From the sequence record MK327931.1: 64,000 nt of DNA; one strand, given 5' to 3'. The position numbers were made by a program, and so were the translations under genes. This document shows positions 18,288 through 25,039 of this stretch, one piece after another; the stretch's first letter is position 1; each line of letters starts with the position of its first letter. The stretch comes from Escherichia phage vB_EcoM_G17. Below the pieces are notes generated by a model that saw only the letters and a list, made by a program, of their open reading frames with translations, did not search any database and had not been told where the DNA came from.

Positions 18288-18527
18288 TTACATTCCAACC
18301 ATTGCAGCACGGATCGCAGTAGTGCTATATTTGAATCCGTCCGGCGTTTTATCTTGTCCAGTCTGTTCTAAAAATAACATCATATGACGGGCCGCATCAT
18401 TACGATTAGTATTGGCGGCAATAAAGTCCTGGGCCAACCGGTATAATGATTCATCGTTATTAATCCAAAGGCTTACATTCCAATGAGTTTTGTTTTTGTG
18501 ACCTAAGAACATTTTTGATTTAGCCAT
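18288..18527 (-). CDS. hypothetical protein (79 aa)
   Basis: Track ORF 18288..18566 trimmed to MAKSKMF. Confidence 0.5.
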   Translation of the reverse strand: MAKSKMFLGHKNKTHWNVSLWINNDESLYRLAQDFIAANTNRNDAARHMMLFLEQTGQDKTPDGFKYSTTAIRAAMVGM

Positions 18528-18620
18528 TTTTTTAATCCTCTTATATAGTGGGGAACTATTCCCCACCTGATGTAAAACATTATACGCTTTTAAACATAGT
18601 TTGCAAGTACTTTATTAAAC

Positions 18621-18983
18621 TTATTCGTAAATTTTGCCACTGTCAGCCCATACCAGGAAACGAGGCATATTATCCCATGCATCTTGTTTTAAATTTAAAC
18701 CGTGTAATACTTCTGTACTTTCCATTCCTGGTACTGGTTTACTATACACCGCGAAATTTTCGCCCATATACTGATAAACCATCGTCAAATCACTGGCGAT
18801 CATCTTATGGATCATCGCATCAAGCATCACGGTAGCGGCGTATTGTTCACGCTTAAGCGGCAACATTGTAATAAGTTCCCGATAAGCTGAAATGTGAATT
18901 TTTACCGTTTCAGCCGGAAGACCTTTCATCTCTTCACGGAAGTTGACCAGGTTAGAAATAATTTTATTGATTTGGGTCGCCAT
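18621..18983 (-). CDS. hypothetical protein (120 aa)
   Basis: Track ORF 18621..19040 trimmed to MATQINK (AAGAGA SD). Confidence 0.55.
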   Translation of the reverse strand: MATQINKIISNLVNFREEMKGLPAETVKIHISAYRELITMLPLKREQYAATVMLDAMIHKMIASDLTMVYQYMGENFAVYSKPVPGMESTEVLHGLNLKQDAWDNMPRFLVWADSGKIYE

Positions 18984-19764
18984 CGTATTAATCTCTTTTA
19001 AAGTGTAGCGGGAAGTGTTCCCGCTCTCGATGTAAAACATTATACGCCTTTAAACATAGTTTGCAAGTACTTTCTACATGTACTTTTAAAATAGTTTTCT
19101 TTCTATATAGGGGAACTATCATTCAGTACTATTATTCAGTACTGAATCAACCAAATCACTACTACACCCCATAAAACGGCCTCAGACGCATTCTAACGCA
19201 TTAATACACCTAAGCTATACATTTGCACCATTCCAATCATTCCAGGGCTTTACGGGCCGTTTAAACGCGTTAAATTATTTTCAATTATTTTGTTTTTAGC
19301 TATTGACTCAGTACAGAAAAAGCGTATAATTACTACATAGACGCGAGAAAGCGGAAACCCCAGAGGGTGCGGAATTACGCCCAAAATTCAAGATATAAAA
19401 AAAGGATACACTCCCGCACCCTAGCAGGTAAACGCACTTTCTCAGTACTGAAATATAGTACCATAGTCCGGCCCAGGATAGCAAGCAAATTAATTAAAAC
19501 TTTTTTGCTTCCAGGGTATTGCTTTATTTTTTCAGTACTGTATAATAGTTCCATCAAGTCGAGAAAGACTCAAGCCCACCGGGTGCATAGTTACGCCCAA
19601 AATTCAGTACTGAAAAAATTTTTAAAAATATCCGTCCAGGCCGTTGACATTGCCCCCAGTTTATAAGATAATGATTCCAGATTCAGAAAAATCTAACTCC
19701 AGATACTGCGGGGAAACTATCCCCACGCGGTAGGGGAACTATTGGAAAAAACAAAATAAAATTT

Positions 19765-19880
19765 TGATTTAGCCGTCTATACTTCCAGACGTGTAACCAT
19801 CTAGCCGTTTAGCCGTCCAAACGTCTAGCCATCCAGAAATCTAGCCGTCTAGATGGATAGCCATCTTTACTTCCAGACTT
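19765..19880. repeat. iteron cluster: six copies of TAGCC(G/A)T and two of CTTCCAGAC
   Basis: Read directly: tagccgtc at about 19770, 19802, 19809, 19825 (tagccatc), 19841, 19857; no ORF. Confidence 0.6.
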
Positions 19881-20868
19881 CTGGAGGGCTAGACATATCT
19901 ACGCCCAAAATCCATCCAGGGTAACTACACCCAAAATCCGTCAGTACTATACCATAGATCTATCTTTTGAAAGGGAGTATTCAGTACTGCCATCATAGCC
20001 CTCACTATGTTACCCTAGGAGGATGAAGACCATCATGTAGTACTGAATACTGTTAGAGGGAATCCACCAGCACAAGCTGGTGGTATAATGCTTTAGATTA
20101 AAATCAGTACTGACACCATTCTGTTAATATCAGTACTGTTATTACGATTTTCATATGAGGTTCAAAAAGATGTACCACCACAGGAGGAACTATCTTTTCT
20201 GTACTGTCTCACGACAGGAGGTAGAGTAAATGAATTGTTCGCAGCAACTCATCACCCCTTGAAGCTATGTAGAACATTATACAGTACTGAATCATAATGT
20301 CAATAGCTTTCTTTCATTATTCAGTACTGATATTCTTGAGAACTACCCGACTACAAACATCATTATATCCCACAAATCATAAACGTCCCAACGTAAATTT
20401 CAACTTTCGAAGATCCAACTTTTATTTCATAGGTACTCCAAAATTTTTAGGATCGAGATTTAGGATGGAGTACTAACCAACTTTTTGCTGGAGCCTCAAG
20501 GGGTAATTGAATTTTACCCCGAAGGGTAAAAGGGTAATTGTAATTAAGGTGAAAGTAATAATTCAGTACTAATCATTGCGTGATTACTTTTGATTACATT
20601 TGATGTAATTTGCAAAATGGAAAAGGAGCTTGGAAACTACAAAGTACGGCAGACTTCCTCTGCCTACTTAGTGGCATATCAGTACTGAATCATTCACACA
20701 CATTTCCGTGCATTCTTGTCTATACTAATCAGTACTGAATCATATATAATCATTCTGTGATTCTACGGTGCTCATATAAATGTTTATATATGATTACTTA
20801 TGACTACCTATGATTACGGGGTTTAGCCTGGGGAGAATCCTAGTGATCGCATTTGTCCAGGCTGAATT

Positions 20869-20891
20869 TTAACATATGCAACATATGTTAA
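20869..20891. promoter_or_regulatory. perfect palindrome TTAACATATG-caa-CATATGTTAA (candidate dimeric-protein binding site)
   Basis: 10 bp arms, perfect inverted repeat, in non-coding DNA downstream of the small-protein operon. Confidence 0.45.
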
Positions 20892-20933
20892 AGCCTGTAT
20901 AATGCTTCCACTACGGAGCTTCCCCTAGCTATA

Positions 20934-21125
20934 TTACTTCCTATATATAATCATTAAGATATAGTAGTACTGATTATACTGTACATTCTCTTTAATATTA
21001 TAAGGGTCTATAGCAATCTCGGTACATCTATTAAATGCATATCTATTAAATGCCAGTGGAATTATAGATCTAATCCATACTTGTTCATTTTCTTTTAGTT
21101 TACTTATATAGAAGTTTTTATACAT
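20934..21125 (-). CDS. MHKEYY-family small protein (member 1)
   Basis: 63 aa; N-terminus MYKNFY, C-terminus LMIIYRK. Confidence 0.6.
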   Translation of the reverse strand: MYKNFYISKLKENEQVWIRSIIPLAFNRYAFNRCTEIAIDPYNIKENVQYNQYYYILMIIYRK

Positions 21126-21140
21126 AGTATTCTCTATTAA

Positions 21141-21323
21141 TTAATATGATAGTACTAGTGTTAGTACTGAGCACAATTGTTCTTTGTAGTTCTTAGGGTA
21201 TATAGAATCTTTTATGCACTCATTGAAGTGCCATAGGTATAATCTTGGGTCGCATTCTTTATATATTCTTACGGGGACGAATGTTAGTTTTCTTATATAG
21301 AATTCTTTATGTTCTTTATTCAT
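21141..21323 (-). CDS. MHKEYY-family small protein (member 2)
   Basis: 60 aa; MNKEHKEFY...FNECI. Confidence 0.6.
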   Translation of the reverse strand: MNKEHKEFYIRKLTFVPVRIYKECDPRLYLWHFNECIKDSIYPKNYKEQLCSVLTLVLSY

Positions 21324-21328
21324 ATTAG

Positions 21329-21514
21329 TTAGTGTCTGTATATAAGTAATAGTAAGAATACGTACTGCACATCTTCATCTTTAGTATTGAGTACTGTACG
21401 TATTGCGTCATGGAACAAGAATATAGTACTTGGGTCATGAAAATTTAAAGGGGTTCTGGGTACGGCATGTTTGTAGTTCCCTTTAACAAATTGTGTGTAG
21501 TATTCTCTATGCAT
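21329..21514 (-). CDS. MHKEYY-family small protein (member 3)
   Basis: 61 aa; MHREYY...LLLLIYRH. Confidence 0.6.
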   Translation of the reverse strand: MHREYYTQFVKGNYKHAVPRTPLNFHDPSTIFLFHDAIRTVLNTKDEDVQYVFLLLLIYRH

Positions 21515-21515
21515 A

Positions 21516-21701
21516 TTAGTACCTATATATTAGGGCGAGAATGTAGTACAATTCATATGGAATGTAATTTGGGGTGATCGCACACTGTGTATGGTAAATG
21601 AATTGTTCGGTATTTTTCTTATCCTTGATATCTATTGGGATTAGTGGTATAAGCATTTGGGAGTTTAGATCCAGATGGCTTAAGTAGAATTCTTTATGCA
21701 T
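21516..21701 (-). CDS. MHKEYY-family small protein (member 4)
   Basis: 61 aa; MHKEFY...ILALIYRY. Confidence 0.6.
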   Translation of the reverse strand: MHKEFYLSHLDLNSQMLIPLIPIDIKDKKNTEQFIYHTQCAITPNYIPYELYYILALIYRY

Positions 21702-21710
21702 ATTGTTCTC

Positions 21711-21899
21711 TTAGAATACGAAAGCTAGGTACAGGGTATGATACAGTACTCGATGGTAGCTGTCAAAATCTAGTATACATGCTTTAGTGCACATAGTAAA
21801 ATACACTTTATCATTTTGTGCATTGATACCGCGAGGTTTATCTAATAGATTAGTTCTGAGGTACATTGGGAAATATTTTGTGTAGTATTCTTTATGCAT
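21711..21899 (-). CDS. MHKEYY-family small protein (member 5)
   Basis: Track ORF 21711..21944 trimmed to internal MHKEYY start. Confidence 0.55.
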   Translation of the reverse strand: MHKEYYTKYFPMYLRTNLLDKPRGINAQNDKVYFTMCTKACILDFDSYHRVLYHTLYLAFVF

Positions 21900-21900
21900 G

Positions 21901-22083
21901 TTAGTACCTGAATATAAGTAGGATAGTGTTATATAGCTGGTCATAACTACTACTATTTTCTATACTTCGTTCTATGCAGTTATTGAATCCCAGTACTGCC
22001 AAATCGTTATCCAGAGGGACTTTATATCTGGCGTAGTGTACAAAAATGCTGGGGAGAAATTGTGTGTAGTATTCTTTGTGCAT
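21901..22083 (-). CDS. MHKEYY-family small protein (member 6)
   Basis: 60 aa; MHKEYYTQF...FNNCI...LLIFRY. Confidence 0.6.
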   Translation of the reverse strand: MHKEYYTQFLPSIFVHYARYKVPLDNDLAVLGFNNCIERSIENSSSYDQLYNTILLIFRY

Positions 22084-22084
22084 A

Positions 22085-22276
22085 TTAGTACCTATATATT
22101 AGTAAAAGGATGTGATACAGTACTCGATTATAGTCTTCAATATATATCGAGGATTTAGTGCACTGAATGAAGTAGTCTTTTTCGTAGTTTTTTTCTATAC
22201 CCAATGGTTCTGTTGGTACAAGGTGTTGGAGATACATTGGGAGTTTCTCTATGTAGTATTCTTTGTGGTTATTCAT
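22085..22276 (-). CDS. MHKEYY-family small protein (member 7)
   Basis: 63 aa; MNNHKEYY...LLLIYRY. Confidence 0.6.
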   Translation of the reverse strand: MNNHKEYYIEKLPMYLQHLVPTEPLGIEKNYEKDYFIQCTKSSIYIEDYNRVLYHILLLIYRY

Positions 22277-22277
22277 A

Positions 22278-22460
22278 TTAGTACCTGAATGTTAGCATTA
22301 CTACGTAGTACAGCATATATGGATTATCATCGTATATGAGCGTGTACTTAGTACATTGTTGGAACATTATCTTTGCGTGATCTTTTATTCCTATTGGTTC
22401 TGTTGGTATATGGTGCTGGAGATGCATAGGGATTTTATCCCTGTAGTATTCTTTGTGCAT
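22278..22460 (-). CDS. MHKEYY-family small protein (member 8)
   Basis: 60 aa; MHKEYYRDK...FQQCTK...MLTFRY. Confidence 0.6.
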   Translation of the reverse strand: MHKEYYRDKIPMHLQHHIPTEPIGIKDHAKIMFQQCTKYTLIYDDNPYMLYYVVMLTFRY

Positions 22461-22470
22461 GTTGTTCTCT

Positions 22471-22653
22471 TTAGTACTTATATATTAGGAGTAAAATGTT
22501 ATAGTACTGGTTCATTGCGTCATCATTTTCTATAGCACGTTTTACGCTATTCATGTAGTTAGATCGAGCGGCACGAGTTATGAGAAGAACTTTGTATGCA
22601 GCAAAGTATTTTTGCTGCACGGGTAGTTTAGAGATATAGTATTCTTTATACAT
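22471..22653 (-). CDS. MHKEYY-family small protein (member 9)
   Basis: Track ORF 22471..22716 trimmed to MYKEYYISKLP; start overlaps stop of the 223 aa gene (ATGTATAA). Confidence 0.55.
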   Translation of the reverse strand: MYKEYYISKLPVQQKYFAAYKVLLITRAARSNYMNSVKRAIENDDAMNQYYNILLLIYKY

Positions 22654-23317
22654 AGTTTGTAATATACGTAATGAGGTGATGCATTTTCTTATTAGTACTG
22701 ATAATTTCCTGTACATGTTTTGTCAGATTGTACGCGTTTTTATAGAGTACTGGATTATCGATTACAGTACTGTACATGAATAGTTCTTCTTCCTGTAGTT
22801 CTTTGTGTTCTAGTTCTTTGAGGAAATCTACAATTGATTTAGTTTCTTCTGAACGTTGTGCTTGCCAGAAGTGCATATTCTCGTGTACTTTTTCTGCATC
22901 AGTAGAGTATATGCCACCCATTTGGAATTGTGCTGTATTGACATCGTGGGAGGTGTTACAATTCCCGAAGAAGTATGTATTCCCGAAGTATAGCATTAAA
23001 GTGCACGGGGTATTATCCAACTGCATATTGATGATGAAGGATGCGTTCTTTAGTACCTTTGTGCTCGTATTAGTACTCAATACTTTTAAATCAGTATTAT
23101 AGATATTCATATAATGAACAGCTATATTATTTTTCTTCATGTACAATTCAAGGTTCTTTGATACGTTAACTCCATTTGTACTGGATTTTTCCTTTTTATT
23201 TCGTTTCTTTAGTACATTCGGGTGATACGTATATGCAGATGTAACTGATTCTGCCTGAATACTATTGAGGTACTTAAAGTGCTTAAGGTATTGTTTGCTG
23301 TGTGCATTAAGTTTCAT
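22646..23317 (-). CDS. hypothetical protein (223 aa) embedded in the small-protein operon
   Basis: Track lists it as +, but the stop (rc tta at 22646-22648) and ATG (rc cat at 23315-23317) are on the minus strand; AAGGAAA SD upstream. Confidence 0.6.
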   Translation of the reverse strand: MKLNAHSKQYLKHFKYLNSIQAESVTSAYTYHPNVLKKRNKKEKSSTNGVNVSKNLELYMKKNNIAVHYMNIYNTDLKVLSTNTSTKVLKNASFIINMQLDNTPCTLMLYFGNTYFFGNCNTSHDVNTAQFQMGGIYSTDAEKVHENMHFWQAQRSEETKSIVDFLKELEHKELQEEELFMYSTVIDNPVLYKNAYNLTKHVQEIISTNKKMHHLITYITNYV

Positions 23318-23327
23318 TTGGTTTCCT

Positions 23328-23507
23328 TTATATAGATGCCAGGGCGAGGATTTCCCTGTAGGGATTATCTTGTGTTAGTACAGCATAAATGCAGCTATTG
23401 AGATTAATATTTTTAGTACTTTTTGTTCCTAGTTTGTAGTACTTCACGAAGGTGTCGTACATGAAACGGTCTTTTATGGTTATACGTTCTCTATAGAATT
23501 GTTGCAT
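23328..23507 (-). CDS. MHKEYY-family small protein (member 10, 59 aa)
   Basis: Hand-translated (MQQFYRERITIKDRF...ILALASI), below track cutoff. Confidence 0.4.
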   Translation of the reverse strand: MQQFYRERITIKDRFMYDTFVKYYKLGTKSTKNINLNSCIYAVLTQDNPYREILALASI

Positions 23508-23515
23508 AGTATTCC

Positions 23516-23698
23516 TTAAATAGCGATTAGTTTCATTACTTCTCTGTATGTGTACTTTTCGTTTTGTGCATCTCTTGTGACGACATATAGGAAGGTGTGT
23601 TTATCTTTTTTGTTCCCGCAATTGTAGAAAATATTGAACTTATTGAAGTTGAATCTTTCGGCGTGTTGTAGTTTAGTTAAATAGAATTCTATGTTCAT
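23516..23698 (-). CDS. MHKEYY-family small protein (member 11)
   Basis: 60 aa; MNIEFYLTKL...MKLIAI. Confidence 0.55.
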   Translation of the reverse strand: MNIEFYLTKLQHAERFNFNKFNIFYNCGNKKDKHTFLYVVTRDAQNEKYTYREVMKLIAI

Positions 23699-23706
23699 TT
23701 TCTTCC

Positions 23707-23892
23707 TTACATTTCAATAAGTTTAAGTACTGCTCGGTACGTGTACTTAGTTGTTAGTGCTTCTTTAATAGAAATGCAGAAGTAATGTTGTTTGTCTCTT
23801 ATACTGCCGCGTTTGTAGTACCACACATGGGAGTTGTGACTGTACTTGTCTCTGTCGGATAGTTGTTGGTAGTAGTAGCTTATATGATTCAT
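23707..23892 (-). CDS. MHKEYY-family small protein (member 12)
   Basis: 61 aa; MNHISYYYQQL...LKLIEM. Confidence 0.55.
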   Translation of the reverse strand: MNHISYYYQQLSDRDKYSHNSHVWYYKRGSIRDKQHYFCISIKEALTTKYTYRAVLKLIEM

Positions 23893-24101
23893 TATAATGT
23901 AATTAGCCTTACTATATTAAAGTACTCGGTCCCTGGTGTACCTTGTAGTATATTACGCACGACATTTTTTTGGTGCTGGATGATTGCTGAAGGTGCGGTT
24001 CTTTTTAGTTTTTTTAAAGTACTGAATTCTTGTTTAAGTATGAACTGTACATCTTTAGGGAGAATATCTATGTAGTACTGATGAATGTTTGTAGTTTTCA
24101 T
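23892..24101 (-). CDS. MHKEYY-family small protein (member 13)
   Basis: 69 aa; MKTTNIHQYYIDILP...VRLITL. Confidence 0.55.
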   Translation of the reverse strand: MKTTNIHQYYIDILPKDVQFILKQEFSTLKKLKRTAPSAIIQHQKNVVRNILQGTPGTEYFNIVRLITL

Positions 24102-24111
24102 ATAGCACCTT

Positions 24112-24306
24112 TTAGAACTTAAAGATGAGGTTCAGGATAGAGCGGTACTTAGTTTCAGGGAACTGATGTTCTATTGCATAACGTGTCGCCATCCTGAAAT
24201 CGTAATTGTAATATAGATTATCCTTTCTCATAGGTGGTGCTAAAGAGAATGATAGCTGGTCTTGCTTGTGTAGTTTACTACCATAGAAATCTTTATGATT
24301 ATTCAT
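24112..24306 (-). CDS. MHKEYY-family small protein (member 14)
   Basis: 64 aa; MNNHKDFY...LNLIFKF; start overlaps upstream stop (ATGAATAA). Confidence 0.55.
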   Translation of the reverse strand: MNNHKDFYGSKLHKQDQLSFSLAPPMRKDNLYYNYDFRMATRYAIEHQFPETKYRSILNLIFKF

Positions 24307-24508
24307 AGAAGTAGATTAGTCCTATTAAACCTGAGTACATAATATTTTTGTTATTGCATTCGATTGCTTCTAGAGTACTACGTATACAATTATTAAAGCA
24401 ATCTCTACCGAAGTGAGTATTGGTACTTACAGGTGATACACTCCTTAGAAACAATTGTTCTTCGTTGCTAAGGTATTTGGTGTAGAATTCTTTATGTTCA
24501 GTATTCAT
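24299..24508 (-). CDS. MHKEYY-family small protein (member 15)
   Basis: 69 aa; MNTEHKEFY...FNNCIRS...LIGLIYFYE. Confidence 0.55.
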   Translation of the reverse strand: MNTEHKEFYTKYLSNEEQLFLRSVSPVSTNTHFGRDCFNNCIRSTLEAIECNNKNIMYSGLIGLIYFYE

Positions 24509-24509
24509 A

Positions 24510-24713
24510 TTAGTACTCGATTAAAAGGGCAAGGATATAATAGTATTGCATACTTTCTGCCCCTTGTAAAGCATTTCTTATGATATTACTCCTGTACGAG
24601 TTCAGGAGTTTAGGACAACGTTTGTAGTGTATAAAAGTATTTTGTGTATACAGTAGGCTTTCTCGTAGACCTTTTGTTGGTAGTGCATCGATGTAGTACT
24701 GTTCAATGTTCAT
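24510..24713 (-). CDS. MHKEYY-family small protein (member 16)
   Basis: 67 aa; MNIEQYYIDALP...LALLIEY. Confidence 0.55.
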   Translation of the reverse strand: MNIEQYYIDALPTKGLRESLLYTQNTFIHYKRCPKLLNSYRSNIIRNALQGAESMQYYYILALLIEY

Positions 24714-24937
24714 ATAGATAGCAGTACTAAGATTTTTGATAATTGTTTATTGCTATCCCCGCAGATGTTGCTGTGTAAAATACTCACAATGAGGGTATCA
24801 ATTGCATTGTTCATCATAAGGGTGCATCTTGGACTATTATAATTTTTTAGCTCAATTAGCCACGAACTATCCGAGAGAAATTCCCCGTACTCTAGTTCAT
24901 TTAGAGTATTGAGGTAGTACTTAAGAGTATTTGTCAT
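24710..24937 (-). CDS. MHKEYY-family small protein (member 17, first gene of operon)
   Basis: 75 aa; MTNTLKYYLNTL; AAGGAG SD; promoter TTGACA-N17-TACTAT upstream on minus strand. Confidence 0.55.
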   Translation of the reverse strand: MTNTLKYYLNTLNELEYGEFLSDSSWLIELKNYNSPRCTLMMNNAIDTLIVSILHSNICGDSNKQLSKILVLLSI

Positions 24938-25039
24938 GTGTAGTTCTCCTTATATTCCTTCTATAGTACACCAGTACTGAAAGGATGTCAAGGGTTTTCT
25001 TTATGGGGTAAATATGATATAATGAATAAGGAGGGATTT
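24938..25039. promoter_or_regulatory. divergent promoter region between the small-protein operon (minus) and the MLPF/RCC1-like array (plus)
   Basis: Minus: TTGACA-N17-TACTAT then AAGGAG; plus: TATAAT at about 25016 then AAGGAGGG and ATG at 25040. Confidence 0.55.

Noticed and set aside
150-19100. Regularly spaced short repeats could suggest a CRISPR array
   Set aside because: The repeats are promoter/hairpin modules with imperfect sequence, variable length and orientation-specific placement upstream of ORFs; the intervening segments are protein-coding genes of 200-600 bp, not 25-40 bp spacers.
19367-19666. Track ORFs 19367..19666 (+) and 19375..19557 (-) inside the non-coding region
   Set aside because: They span repeated promoter and ACGCCCAAAAT elements; the translations are low-complexity with no RBS; more likely regulatory DNA.
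19100-20930. Possible tRNA genes in the ORF-free region
   Set aside because: Scanning by eye found no T-arm-like GTTCRANYC motif in a cloverleaf context; this cannot be excluded without tRNAscan-SE, so no tRNA is reported.
22776-23102. Plus-strand ORF 22776..23102 (108 aa)
   Set aside because: It overlaps the minus-strand 223 aa gene that is in operon context with proper RBS; the Ser/Cys-rich translation looks like an antisense artefact.
25022-25039. Longer N-terminal extensions of array genes in the track (MNKEG..., MILAFLFCIKYSIMNKEGN..., METCIVLD...)
   Set aside because: The upstream ATGs lie inside the conserved TATAATGAAT promoter or the terminator hairpin; the conserved AAGGAGGG SD sits 5-7 nt before the MLPF ATG, which is the consistent start in all paralogs.
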